A stretch of 64,000 bases of DNA. Source: Anaeromyxobacteraceae bacterium (lineage in GTDB: Bacteria; Myxococcota; Myxococcia; Myxococcales; Anaeromyxobacteraceae). The notes beneath the pieces were generated by a model, which worked only from the letters and a program-made list of their open reading frames with translations, did not search any database and was not told the DNA's origin. Of the stretch, positions 27,505 to 37,775 are shown in pieces. The stretch spans positions 1,888,001 to 1,952,000 of the forward strand of contig JASGHJ010000002.1 in NCBI GenBank assembly GCA_047602405.1, read 5' to 3'. The translations under genes were made by a program, and so were the position numbers. Position 1 is the first letter of the stretch; every line of letters starts with the position of its first letter.

Positions 27505-29469
27505 CTAGACCCCGCCGAGGTACGTGTACCCCTTCATCACCGCCTCGTAGAAGTCGGCGAGCGACACGCCCTCCTTCGGACGGATCGCGCCCTCCTTCAC
27601 CTTGGCGTCGAGGCTCGACTTCACCCGGCGGAAGAGCTCGGCGGGCTCGTACTGCACCCGCGACAGCACCTTCTCGATGGTGTCCCCGGGGATGACCTCC
27701 TCGATGTAGAAGTCCTCGGGGTCCTCGTCGTCCACGAAGACGTGGATCTCGTTCACCCGGCCGAACAGGTTGTGCATGTCGCCCATGATGTCCTGGTAGG
27801 CGCCGGTCATGAACATGCCGAGGTAGTACGGCTCGCCGGGCGAGAGCGCGTGGAGCGCGAGCGTCTCGTCGACCCCGTCGTTCTCGATGAAGCGGTCGAT
27901 CTTGCCGTCCGAGTCGCAGGTGATGTCGACGATGGTCGCGTCCTGCGTGGGCGGCTCGGCGAGGCGGTGCAGGGGCACGATCGGGAAGAGCTGGTCGAAG
28001 GCCCAGTGGTCGGGCGCGCTCTGGAAGAGCGAGAAGTTCGCCATGTACTGGTCGGCGATCTTGTCGCCGAGGTCCTTCGTCTCCCGCGGGAGGCGCTTCT
28101 TGCCGCGGTTCAGCTCGGCGATGCCACGGGCGAGCTTCCAGAAGAGCGACTCCACCACCGCGCGCTCCTCGAGCCCGAGGATGCCCAGCTTGAACATCTG
28201 CAGGGCCTCCTCCTTCTTCGCGAGGCCGTCGTGGTAGGTCTCGGCGCGGTTGCGGGGCGTCATCGAGGCCACGATCTCGCGCATCTCGCGCACGACCTTG
28301 GGCTCGTCGGCCTTGGGCACCGAGGCCGCGGCGATCTCCTCCGCCGAGCCGATCTCGATGTGCCCGAACACGTTCATGATGATGCAGGAGTGGTGCGCGG
28401 TGACCGCGCGGCCGGACTCCGAGACGATGTGCGGCTCGGGCACGCCCTCGTTCAGGCAGACCCGCTGCACGTTGTAGACGACGTCGCCGACGTACTCCTC
28501 GGTGGAGTAGTTCACCGACGAGGCGTAGCCGTTCGAGTGGGTGCCGACGTAGTCGACCCCGAGGCCGCCGCCGACGTCGAAGTACTCGATGCCGAGCCCC
28601 ATCTTGCGGAGCTTCGCGTAGACCCGGGCGCCCTCGTTCACCGCGTCCTTCACGACGCGGATCTCGGTGAGCTGGGAGCCGACGTGGAAGTGGAGCAGCT
28701 TCGCGCAGTGCTCCTTCCCCGCGTCCTTCAGGATCTTCACCGCCTCGATCATCTCGGGGACGGTGAGGCCGAACTTCGCGAAGTCGCCGGAGGAGCCCTC
28801 CCACTTGCCGGTGCCCCGGGTGGTGAGCTTCGAGCGCAGCCCGATCCAGGGCTCGACGCCCATCTCCTCGCCGAGGCGCAGGAGCTGCGGCAGCTCGGAG
28901 AGCTTCTCGATGACGACGATCACCTTCCGGCCGAGCTTGCGCCCCATGAGCGCGAGCCGGAGGTACTCCTCGTCCTTGTAGCCGTTGCAGACGGTGAGGG
29001 CCTCCGGGTCGGCGTTCATGCCGAGCACGACGAGGAGCTCGCCCTTCGAGCCCGCCTCGAGGCCGTAGTGGTACGGCGCGCCGGCGTCGACGATCTCCTC
29101 GACGACCTCGCGCATCTGGTTGACCTTGATCGGGTAGACGCCGAAGTACCGGGCGCCGTACCCCATCTCCATCACGGCCTTCCCGAAGGCCTCGTTGATC
29201 TGCTTCACGCGGGCGCGCAGCACGTCCTGGAAGCGCACCACGCACGGGAAGCCGATCTTCCGCTCCCGGATGTCCTCGACCACGTCCATGAGGTCGATGA
29301 CCGGGCCCGGCTGGCCCATCGGGTGGACGATGATGTGCCCGCGGTCGTTGACCGAGAAGAACCCGGCGCCCCACCCGCTCACGTTGTAGTACTGGCTGGC
29401 GCGCTCCGCCGACCACTCCGCCTGCCCCTGCGCCTGGGTGGCGTCGCTGCGCCGATCCGGAAAGTTCAT
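27505..29469 (-). CDS. speA: Biosynthetic arginine decarboxylase
   Basis: YPIKVNQ, GLEAGSK, CNGYKD, HFHVGSQ, DVGGGLGVDY, SESGRA, DITCDSDG, GAYQ...HNLFG. Confidence 0.97.
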   Translation of the reverse strand: MNFPDRRSDATQAQGQAEWSAERASQYYNVSGWGAGFFSVNDRGHIIVHPMGQPGPVIDLMDVVEDIRERKIGFPCVVRFQDVLRARVKQINEAFGKAVMEMGYGARYFGVYPIKVNQMREVVEEIVDAGAPYHYGLEAGSKGELLVVLGMNADPEALTVCNGYKDEEYLRLALMGRKLGRKVIVVIEKLSELPQLLRLGEEMGVEPWIGLRSKLTTRGTGKWEGSSGDFAKFGLTVPEMIEAVKILKDAGKEHCAKLLHFHVGSQLTEIRVVKDAVNEGARVYAKLRKMGLGIEYFDVGGGLGVDYVGTHSNGYASSVNYSTEEYVGDVVYNVQRVCLNEGVPEPHIVSESGRAVTAHHSCIIMNVFGHIEIGSAEEIAAASVPKADEPKVVREMREIVASMTPRNRAETYHDGLAKKEEALQMFKLGILGLEERAVVESLFWKLARGIAELNRGKKRLPRETKDLGDKIADQYMANFSLFQSAPDHWAFDQLFPIVPLHRLAEPPTQDATIVDITCDSDGKIDRFIENDGVDETLALHALSPGEPYYLGMFMTGAYQDIMGDMHNLFGRVNEIHVFVDDEDPEDFYIEEVIPGDTIEKVLSRVQYEPAELFRRVKSSLDAKVKEGAIRPKEGVSLADFYEAVMKGYTYLGGV

Positions 29470-29525
29470 CGCCCGCTGATTTAACTCACCCGGGACGGGA
29501 AATGAAGGGAGCGACGACGAAGATC

Positions 29526-31382
29526 ATGAGAGCGCACCGCCCGCCCGCCGACGCGCCCCGCCTCGCGGACCGCCTCCGCTCCGCCCGCGTCCTGTCGCGT
29601 CACGTCCCCGGCACGCTCCGGCTCGTCTGGGAGGCCGACCGCGCGGGCGCCGTCGCGATCCTGGCGCTCACGGCCGCGCTCGCGCTCCTGCCGGCGGGCG
29701 TGGCCTGGCTCGGCAAGCTCATCGTCGACGGCGTCGTCGCCGCCGCGCGCTCCGGCGCGGAGGCCGACCGGGCCCGCGTCGTCTGGCTGGTCGGCGCCGA
29801 GCTCGGCTTGATGGCGGCGCAGACCGCGGCCGCCCGGCTGCTCGCCCTGCGCAGGGAGCTCCTCCGGGGCTCGCTCGGCAACCGGATCAACGAGCGGATC
29901 CTCGAGAAGGCCCTCACGCTCGAGCTCAGGCACTTCGAGGACTCGGAGGTCTACGACAAGATGCAGAACGCGCGGCGGGAGGCCTCCACCCGGCCCCTCT
30001 CGCTCGCGATGCAGCTCCTCGCCATCGCCCAGAACGCCGTCACCCTCGCCGCGCTCTCGGGGCTCCTGTGGCGCCTCTCGCCCACCTCGGTGCTGGTGGT
30101 CGTGGCGGCCTCGCTGCCGGCCTTCCTCGCCGAGGCCCGGCTCTCGGGCGAGTCGTTCCGCCTGTGGACCTGGCGCGCCCCGGAGGGGCGGCGGCTCAAC
30201 TACCTCGAGTGGATCCTCACCCGCGACAGCCACGTGAAGGAGGTGAAGGTCTTCGGGCTGGGACCGCTGGTCCTGGGGCGGTACCGGGCCCTGTTCGCGA
30301 AGTTCTTCCAGGAGGACCGCCGGCTGGCCGTGCGGCGGTTCCGGAGCGGGCTCCTCTTCGGGCTCCTCTCGCTGGGCGCGTTCTACGCCATGTACGCGCT
30401 GCTCGCCGCCCGGGCGGCGCGGGCGGACATCTCGCTCGGCGACCTCACGCTGTACATCACCGTGTTCCGGCAGGGCCAGGGCGCGGTCCAGGCCATCCTC
30501 TCGGGGCTGTCGGGGCTCTACGAGGACGCCCTCTTCATGCAGAACCTGTTCGACTACCTCGAGCTGCCGACCTCGAACGAGCGCCCGCGCGTCACGCCGC
30601 CGCGCACGGTCCCGCGCGGCCGGCCGGCGCTGCTCGAGCTCGACCGGGTGTCCTTCCGCTACCCCGGGCGCGAGGCCTGGGCGCTCCGCGACGTCTCGCT
30701 CGAGGTCCGCCCCGGTGAGAAGCTCGGCCTGGTCGGCGAGAACGGGGCCGGCAAGAGCACGCTCGTGAAGCTGCTGCTCCGGCTCCACGACCCGACCGAG
30801 GGCGCGATCCGCTACGGGGGCGTCGACCTGCGCGACCTCGACCCCGCCGATCTCCGGGGCCGGATCGGCGCGGTCTTCCAGGACTTCGTCCGCTACCAGT
30901 TCTCGGCGGCCGAGAACGTCGGCCTGGGCGAGCCCGCCCACGTCGAGGACCGGGCGCGCGTCGAGCGCGCGGCGCGCCTCGGCGGCGCGGAGCCGGTCAT
31001 CGCCGGGCTCCCGCAGGGGATGGAGACGGTGCTCGGCGGGTGGTTCGAGGCGGGGCAGGAGCTCTCCGCTGGCCAGTGGCAGAAGCTCGCCGTCGCCCGG
31101 GCCTTCATGCGCGAGGACGCCGAGATCCTGGTCCTCGACGAGCCCACGGCCTCCATCGACGCCGAGGCGGAGCACGAGCTCTTCGAGCGCTTCCAGGCGC
31201 TCGCGGCCGACCGCACCGCGATCGTCGTCTCGCACCGGTTCTCGACCGTGCGGCTCGCAGACCGGGTCGCCGTCTTCCACGGGGGCCGCCTCGAGGAGCT
31301 CGGCACCCACCGCGACCTGCTCGCGGCCGACGGCCGGTACGCGCACCTGTTCCGGCTGCAGGCCCGCGGTTACCTCGATTAG
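29526..31382 (+). CDS. ABC exporter, fused permease/ATP-binding
   Basis: N-terminal TMs, GENGAGKST, LSAGQWQKLAVARAF, LDEPTA, SHRFST. Confidence 0.93.
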   Translation: MRAHRPPADAPRLADRLRSARVLSRHVPGTLRLVWEADRAGAVAILALTAALALLPAGVAWLGKLIVDGVVAAARSGAEADRARVVWLVGAELGLMAAQTAAARLLALRRELLRGSLGNRINERILEKALTLELRHFEDSEVYDKMQNARREASTRPLSLAMQLLAIAQNAVTLAALSGLLWRLSPTSVLVVVAASLPAFLAEARLSGESFRLWTWRAPEGRRLNYLEWILTRDSHVKEVKVFGLGPLVLGRYRALFAKFFQEDRRLAVRRFRSGLLFGLLSLGAFYAMYALLAARAARADISLGDLTLYITVFRQGQGAVQAILSGLSGLYEDALFMQNLFDYLELPTSNERPRVTPPRTVPRGRPALLELDRVSFRYPGREAWALRDVSLEVRPGEKLGLVGENGAGKSTLVKLLLRLHDPTEGAIRYGGVDLRDLDPADLRGRIGAVFQDFVRYQFSAAENVGLGEPAHVEDRARVERAARLGGAEPVIAGLPQGMETVLGGWFEAGQELSAGQWQKLAVARAFMREDAEILVLDEPTASIDAEAEHELFERFQALAADRTAIVVSHRFSTVRLADRVAVFHGGRLEELGTHRDLLAADGRYAHLFRLQARGYLD

Positions 31383-31394
31383 GGACGGAGTCCC

Positions 31395-31976
31395 GTGCGC
31401 GGCATCGAGCAGATCCCGTGGGTGTACGACGCCATGCTCTGGGTCTCGGAGCACACCGGCTTCGGGTCCTGGCGGCGCTGGCTGCCCGCCGGCGCGCGGG
31501 GCCGCACGCTCGACCTCGGCACCGGCACCGGCCGCAACCTGCCGCTCCTCTCGGGCGAGGCGCGCGCCGTGGGCGTCGACCCGTACGTCTGGAACCTCCG
31601 CCGCGCCCGGCGGCGCGCCCCGGGCGTGCCGCTCGTGCGGGCCCGGGCGGAGGCCCTCCCGTTCCGCGACGGCGCCTTCGACACGGTGCTCTCGGGGCTC
31701 GTGATGTGCAGCGTCGACGAGCCCCCGCGGGCGTTCGCCGAGGTCCGGCGCGTGCTCCGCTCGGGCGGCGCGCTCCGGCTGCTCGAGCACGTCCGCGCCG
31801 AGGGGCGGCGGGGGCGCTTCCAGGACTGGGTGCAGCCCGCGTGGACGGCGGTGGCCGGCGGATGTAGGCCCAACCGCGACACCGAGGTCGAGGTGGGACG
31901 GGCCGGCTTCGAGGTGGAGGCGGGCTCGCGGCGGGCCCGGGGTGTGATGCGGCGGCTCGTCGCGTGGCGCCGGTGA
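31395..31976 (+). CDS. Class I SAM-dependent methyltransferase
   Basis: LDLGTGTG, AEALPF.DG.FDTV, CSV, VRRVLR.GG, LEHV. Confidence 0.9.
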   Translation: MRGIEQIPWVYDAMLWVSEHTGFGSWRRWLPAGARGRTLDLGTGTGRNLPLLSGEARAVGVDPYVWNLRRARRRAPGVPLVRARAEALPFRDGAFDTVLSGLVMCSVDEPPRAFAEVRRVLRSGGALRLLEHVRAEGRRGRFQDWVQPAWTAVAGGCRPNRDTEVEVGRAGFEVEAGSRRARGVMRRLVAWRR

Positions 31977-32020
31977 TACGACCCTGACGCGTCAGCCTGC
32001 TGCCGGGGTTTGGCCCTGGA

Positions 32021-32070
32021 TCCGTTCATCCCGAGCGTAGGGCCGCCTCCGGCGGTCCGGAGTCGAGGGA
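32021..32070. repeat. REP-like palindromic intergenic element, copy A
   Basis: Reverse complement reads TCCCTCGAC-[hairpin insert]-GCTCGGGATGAACGG and shares both arms with 59306-59332. Lies between convergent genes. Confidence 0.55.
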
Positions 32071-32088
32071 CGAGCCCCCCGTCGAAAC

Positions 32089-32328
32089 TCAGCTCGCCAG
32101 CCGCACCTCGTCGAGGACCGAGTCGAACCAGGTCGTGACGGCGGCGCTGCCCCGCTCGTGCTCGAGCTTCATGAGCACGGCGACTTCGTCGAGGGTGAAG
32201 CGCTTCGCGACCCAGCGGTCGAGGATGGGGGCGAGGGGCTCGCGCGGCATCGGGACGATGAGCGGCGGCGGGTCCTGGCGGTAGAGCCGCACGAACTTCT
32301 GCTTCACGTCCTTGAGGGTCTCGTCCAT
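32089..32328 (-). CDS. Small hypothetical protein
   Basis: 79-aa ORF MDETLKDVKQKFVRLY..., preceded by a GGAGG RBS. Confidence 0.7.
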   Translation of the reverse strand: MDETLKDVKQKFVRLYRQDPPPLIVPMPREPLAPILDRWVAKRFTLDEVAVLMKLEHERGSAAVTTWFDSVLDEVRLAS

Positions 32329-32496
32329 GGCCTGCCTCCGGCGGCTGCTCCCTGGAGAACAGCAAGAGCCGCGCCATGTAGGCGCGGGCCAGTTCACCGG
32401 TGGTTCGGACCGCCGTCGTCCTACCCCGGGGCCGCCGCACCCCACCGCACGCCACCTGCCCTGTCGCTCGAACACGGGATAAGGTGCAGAGCGGAC

Positions 32497-33717
32497 GTGC
32501 CCCTCGCGCTCCCGAGCCTGCTCCTCGCGGCGGTCGTCGCCGCGGACGCTCCGCCGCGCACGCCGTGCGACGGCGCCCCCTGGTCCGCGCTCCCGCCGGA
32601 CACCCCGGCGCCCCCGCCGCCGCCGACCGAGCGCCCGCCGGAGGGGCTGCCGGACTGGTGCCCGCCCGACTTCACCCCGCCCGAGCCCGAGGAGGGCGAG
32701 CCGGTCCCCCGCCAGCCGGGCGAGCGCACGTGGGTGGACAGCGCGCACGCGTTCGTCGAGGCGAACGTCTTCCGGCCGGTGCGGTGGGTCGACCGCTTCT
32801 TCTCCGACGAGCGCGCGCTCGAGGACGAGCGGGCGCGCTCCTTCATCGGCTGGCGCAACGAGCTCCGCCTCGACGTGGAGCACCACCCGGCCTTCGCGAC
32901 GACCGTCCGCGCGAACCTCCGCTTCCCCGGGCTGAACCTCGTGCTCCGGCGGCTGCGGATCGTCGTGGAGGGCTCGACGCGCGACGCCCTCGGCAACCTC
33001 TTCCCGGAGGAGCAGCAGGGGCCGGCGGGGCGCCGGGCCCGCGGCGGCAACGCGGAGCTCCGGATCGACCTGTGGCGGGCGCTCGGCGCGCGCGCCGACC
33101 TCGGTGCCGGCCTCCTCTTCGGCTGGCCTCCGGGCGCCTACGGCCGCGCGCGCCTGCGCTGGCGCGCGGTCGCCTTCGACCACGTCGTCTACCGCAGCGC
33201 GCTCGCCGGATTCTGGCGCACCGACACCCACTTCGGCACGTCGTTCGACGCCCACCTCGAGCGGCCCTTCGCGCTCGCCTCGCCGGTCGTGGCCCGCCTC
33301 GGCAGCACGCTCGACCTCACGCAGGAGAGCCGCGGCCTCGAGTGGACGCCGGACGCGACCGTGGTCGTGGGGCTCGGGCCGCGGGCCGCGGTCGCGCTGG
33401 GCGCCTCGGCGCAGTGGTGGTCGCGGCCGGAGCCCGGCCACCCGAGGCTCGACCGCACCCGGGTCGGCGTCCGGTTCCGCCGCGACTTCTACCGGCGCTG
33501 GCTCTTCCTCGAGCTCGAGCCGGAGTTCTACTGGCCGTGGTCGCCGGAGCGGGGCCGCCACCCGGCCTGGGCGACCACCTTCCGCGTCGAGGTCCAGTTC
33601 CACGGCACGGCGCCTCCGGCGCGGCCGCCCGCCGCCGCACCCGGGGTCGAGCCCGAGGACGACGACGAGCCGGACGACGCGGCCCGCGATGTTGCCCCTC
33701 CGTCCGGCCGGCGGTAG
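32497..33717 (+). CDS. Putative outer-membrane beta-barrel protein
   Basis: Signal-like N-terminus, VDRFFSDER, alternating aromatic/Arg strands, RRDFYRRWLFLELEPEFYWP. Confidence 0.65.
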   Translation: MPLALPSLLLAAVVAADAPPRTPCDGAPWSALPPDTPAPPPPPTERPPEGLPDWCPPDFTPPEPEEGEPVPRQPGERTWVDSAHAFVEANVFRPVRWVDRFFSDERALEDERARSFIGWRNELRLDVEHHPAFATTVRANLRFPGLNLVLRRLRIVVEGSTRDALGNLFPEEQQGPAGRRARGGNAELRIDLWRALGARADLGAGLLFGWPPGAYGRARLRWRAVAFDHVVYRSALAGFWRTDTHFGTSFDAHLERPFALASPVVARLGSTLDLTQESRGLEWTPDATVVVGLGPRAAVALGASAQWWSRPEPGHPRLDRTRVGVRFRRDFYRRWLFLELEPEFYWPWSPERGRHPAWATTFRVEVQFHGTAPPARPPAAAPGVEPEDDDEPDDAARDVAPPSGRR

Positions 33718-33739
33718 CGTCGCCCGGGAGGGTGACCCC

Positions 33740-34834
33740 ATGGCCGAGCGGCTGCGCATCGCGGTGAACACCGGCGGCGGGGACGCCCCGGGCCTGAACG
33801 CGGTCCTCTACGGCGTGACGATGGCCGCGTACCAGCGCGGCTGGGAGGTGCTGGGCATCCCCTCCGGCTACGCGGGCCTGCTCGACACCTCGAAGATCGT
33901 CCAGCTCACCCCCGAGCGCGTCGCCGGGATCGTGTCCCAGGGCGGGACCATCCTCGGCACCACCAACCGCGGCGACCCCTTCCGCTTCCCCGTCCCCGCG
34001 GCCGACGGCACCGTCGACTACCGCGACGTGTCCGACCGGCTGATCGAGAACTTCAACCGGCTCGGCCTCGACCTCATGGTCGCGGTCGGCGGCGACGGCT
34101 CGCTGACGCTCGCGAACCGGCTCTCGCAGAAGGGCATGCCGGTGATCGGCGTGCCGAAGACGATCGACAACGACCTCGAGGGCACGGTCGCCACCTTCGG
34201 CTTCGACACCGCGGTGACCACCGCCACCGAGGCCATCGACAAGCTCCACTCTACCGCCGCCGCGCACGAGCGGGTGATGGTGGTCGAGGTGATGGGGCGC
34301 TACGCGGGCTGGATCGCGCTCAACAGCGGCACCTCCGGCTCGGCCGACGCGATCCTCATCCCCGAGATCCCGTTCGACATCGACCGGGTGTGCCGCCGCC
34401 TCGCCGAGAACGAGCGCCGCGGGAAGCGCTACGGCATCGTGGTCGTCGCCGAGGGCGCCGCGCCGAAGGGCGGCGCCATGGTGACGAAGGGCGGCGCGAC
34501 CGGCGGGCGCACCGAGGTGCTGCTGGGCGGCATCGCCGAGTGGGTCGCGAAGGAGATCGCCTCGCGCACCGGCAAGGAGACCCGCTCGCTCGTGCTCGGC
34601 CACCTGCAGCGCGGCGGCTCGCCCACCACCTTCGACCGCCTGCTCGCGCTCCGGTTCGGCGCCGCCGCGGTCCGGTTCGCGGCGAAGGGGGAGCGGAACG
34701 TGATGGTCGCCCTGCGCCCACCCGAGATCGTCGCCGTGCCCATCCCGGACGTCATCGCGCGCACGAAGCGCGTGCCGGCCGACTCCGACACGATCCTCAC
34801 CTGCCGCGACCTCGGGATCTCCTTCGGGGATTGA
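33740..34834 (+). CDS. pfkA: 6-phosphofructokinase
   Basis: TGGGDAPGLN, GGTILGT, GGDGS, PKTIDND, EVMGR, LGHLQRGG. Confidence 0.95.
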   Translation: MAERLRIAVNTGGGDAPGLNAVLYGVTMAAYQRGWEVLGIPSGYAGLLDTSKIVQLTPERVAGIVSQGGTILGTTNRGDPFRFPVPAADGTVDYRDVSDRLIENFNRLGLDLMVAVGGDGSLTLANRLSQKGMPVIGVPKTIDNDLEGTVATFGFDTAVTTATEAIDKLHSTAAAHERVMVVEVMGRYAGWIALNSGTSGSADAILIPEIPFDIDRVCRRLAENERRGKRYGIVVVAEGAAPKGGAMVTKGGATGGRTEVLLGGIAEWVAKEIASRTGKETRSLVLGHLQRGGSPTTFDRLLALRFGAAAVRFAAKGERNVMVALRPPEIVAVPIPDVIARTKRVPADSDTILTCRDLGISFGD

Positions 34835-34946
34835 TCCGGCCCGCCGGCATGCAGCCAGGCGGCCTTCCGGCGCAGCGACCCGGTCATCGTGGTGACCCCC
34901 GTCGGGCCACGTCGCGCCGGCCGTTCGCGGACGATACGATGAGACC

Positions 34947-36454
34947 GTGGCCCGCGCGCCGGCGCTCCTCGTCGCCCTCTCCCTCGGGCTCGCCGCCTCC
35001 GGGTGCGCGAGCGCGCGGATGGCGCGGTGCCCCGCGAAGGGCGGCCCGGAGTGGCGCGAGCTCGTCACCGATCACTTCGTCCTGCGCACGAACCTCCCCT
35101 CCGGGCGGGCCGCGAAGCTCGCCGGCCGGCTCGAGCGCATGCGGGCCGGCGTCGTCGCCGCGCTCGGCGTGCAGGCCGTGCAGCCCGGGCGCGTGGAGGT
35201 CATCGCGTTCCGCTCGAAGGCCGAGTACCGGGCCTTCGCGCCGGAGCACTCCGCCGGCTACTACCTGCGCTACTCCGGCGGCCCGCCGCGCATCGTGCTC
35301 TCGGCGCGCGCCGGCCCCTCCGAGCGCGCCCTGCTCGCGCACGAGCTCACGCACCACTTCATGGCCGGCGCCTTCTGGAGACAGCCGCGCTGGCTCTCGG
35401 AGGGGCTCGCCGTCTACATGGAGTCGCTCGGCGAGGACGACCCGCGGGACGAGACCCTCCACCTCGGCGGCATCCCGATGATGCGGCTCGCCCGCGCGCG
35501 GGAGGGGCTCGTGCCGGTGCGCGAGCTCCTCGCCTGGGAGCAGGACCCGGGGCGGCGGCTGACGCTCGAGTACTACGCGACGAGCTGGGTGCTCGTGCAC
35601 TGGCTCGTGCAGCGGCGGCCCCAGGCCCTCGCCGAGATCGAGCGGCGGCTCGCGGCGGGCGAGGACCCCGCGGAGGCCTGGGCGGCCGCCCTGCCCGACT
35701 ACCGGCCCGACCGCGGGACGGCGCTCGAGGGGCTCGACCTCGTGCTCACCCAGTACGTCGTGTACCAGATCGTCGGGCAATCGAAGGAGATCCCGGTGCC
35801 TCCCGCCGTGGGCTACTGGGAGCGCCCGATGCCCACGGACGAGGTCCACGCGCTCCACCTCACGCTCTGGAACAACGGGCCGGACCGCGGCCGGGCGGCG
35901 CTGCAGGCCGAGGTGGACGAGGCGCTCTCGGAGGCCCCCGATCGCCCATCGCGCTCTCGGTGAAGGCGCTCGTCCTCAAGGAGGGGAACGCCGAGGAGAT
36001 GGCACGGCGGTCCGTCGAGAGCTACCCGGGCGATCCCCGCGCGTGGATCTTCCTCGGGCAGGCCTTGCCGCCGGGCGAGGAGCGGATCCACGCGTTCCAG
36101 AAGGCCGTCGAGTACGCCTCCGAGAACCCCGCGGCCCTGATCACGCTCGCGAACGAGCTCGTCGACGCCGGCCGGTCCGGCGAGGCGCTGCCCTGGGCGC
36201 GCAAGGCGGTGAAGCTCGCGCCCTGGAGCCCGCCGCTCCTCGCCACCTACGCCCGCGTCCTCTCCGACCTCGGCCAGTGCGCGCTCGCCATCCCCCACCA
36301 GCTCCGGGCGGTGGAGGCGCTCCCGGAGAGCACCGGGACCGTGGAGCGCGCGGGCTACCTCGAGAAGCTCGTCGCCTACCGGAGCCAGTGCCGCCGCGGC
36401 GGCGCGCCGAGCGTCGCCGACGTGCCGCGCGACGCGGGCGGCGGCGGCCCCTAA
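34947..36454 (+). CDS. Lipoprotein with DUF1570-like zincin domain and TPR repeats (apparent frameshift at ~35942)
   Basis: Lipobox ASGC, HELTH...WLSEGLA. TPR-like C-terminus continues in another frame after GATC 35940-35943. Confidence 0.75.
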
Positions 36455-37449
36455 CCCTCCGCGGCGGCGCCCCGGCGCAGGAGCTTCAGCCCGCGCTCGA
36501 GCGCCGCGGGGACCGGCGCCGTGAACACGAGGCGCTTCCCGCTGCGGGGGTGGTCGAAGGCGAGCCGCCACGCGTGCAGCGCCTGGCGGCCGATCGCCGC
36601 CGCGGCCTCGCGGACGGGGTCGCCCCCGGGCAGCCGCGCCTCCCGCCGCGCGCCGCCGTACACCGCGTCGGCGAGGAGCGGGAACCCCGCCTCCGAGAGG
36701 TGCACGCGGATCTGGTGCGTGCGCCCGGTCTCGAGCGCGACCTCGAGGAGCGCCGCCCGGTCGCCGAACCGCTCCCGCACCCGCCAGCCCGTCACCGCCC
36801 GGCGCGAGGACTCCACCCGGCCCGTGTACCGGGTCCGGTCGCGGGGGTGGCGGCCGTAGGGCGTGTCGAGGCGGCCCTCGTCGGCGGGCCGGCCGTGCAC
36901 GACGGCGAGGTACGTCTTCTCGACCGTGCGCGCCTTGAACTGCGCCTGGAGGGCGGCGAGCGCCCGCTCGGTGCGCGCGACCACGAGGCAGCCGGAGGTG
37001 TCCTTGTCGAGCCGGTGGACCAGGCCGAGCCGCGGCAGCTTGCCGCCCGCGCCGAGCCGGTGGAGGAGCGCGTTCACGACCGTGGAGTGCGGCGAGCCGC
37101 GCGCCGGGTGGACCACCATGCCGGCCGCCTTGTCGAGCACCACCACCTCGGCGTCCTCGTGCAGCACCGCGAGCGGCAGGTCCTGCGGGACCGCGTCGGT
37201 CGGCTCGGGCGGCGGGACCTCGACCTCGACCGCCTCGCCGCCGCGGACGCGCGCCGAGGCCTTCGGGGCGCGCCCGTCCACGCGCACGTGCCCCTCCTCG
37301 AGGAGGCGCTGGACGCGGGCGCGGGACAGGCCGGGGACGAGCTTCGCGACGGCGGCGTCGAGCCGCTCGCCGGCGAGCGCCGGGGGGACGGAGACCGTCG
37401 TCCTCGAGGCTGCGCTGTGGACGGTCGGGCCGGGAGGGGCGGCGCTCAC
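36451..37449 (-). CDS. rluD: RluD-type pseudouridine synthase with S4 domain
   Basis: GERLD...LSRARVQRLL (S4), HRLDKDTSG, TGRTHQIRVH, RQALHA. Confidence 0.92.
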   Translation of the reverse strand: MSAAPPGPTVHSAASRTTVSVPPALAGERLDAAVAKLVPGLSRARVQRLLEEGHVRVDGRAPKASARVRGGEAVEVEVPPPEPTDAVPQDLPLAVLHEDAEVVVLDKAAGMVVHPARGSPHSTVVNALLHRLGAGGKLPRLGLVHRLDKDTSGCLVVARTERALAALQAQFKARTVEKTYLAVVHGRPADEGRLDTPYGRHPRDRTRYTGRVESSRRAVTGWRVRERFGDRAALLEVALETGRTHQIRVHLSEAGFPLLADAVYGGARREARLPGGDPVREAAAAIGRQALHAWRLAFDHPRSGKRLVFTAPVPAALERGLKLLRRGAAAEG

Positions 37450-37712
37450 CGAATCTTCGACTTCACGTGACCCTTGGAGCGCAGGATCACGTCGACGATG
37501 GCCCGGTCGTAGAAGTTCGTCCGCTGGAAGAGGTCGGGGGACACGCGGGAGCGGTACAGCTCCCGGCCCTCCTCGAGCTCCTCCCGCACGGCGTCGAAGA
37601 AGTTGTCGTGCTCGATCCCGCGCACGATCTTCTCCTCGTTGTAGAGGGCGACGTCCGAGCAGATCGCCCGGGCGAGCCTCATCGCAGCCTCGGGCGCCTC
37701 GATGAGCGGCAT
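37446..37712 (-). CDS. Conserved hypothetical protein
   Basis: RLARAICSDVALYNEEKI...ELEEGRELY. Coupled to rluD by a GTGA overlap. Confidence 0.8.
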   Translation of the reverse strand: MPLIEAPEAAMRLARAICSDVALYNEEKIVRGIEHDNFFDAVREELEEGRELYRSRVSPDLFQRTNFYDRAIVDVILRSKGHVKSKIR

Positions 37713-37775
37713 ACGTCCGGCAGATTAGGCGACGGGTGCGGGCGGGTCAACGAAGCGGCGAGCCGCCGCGGGGCC

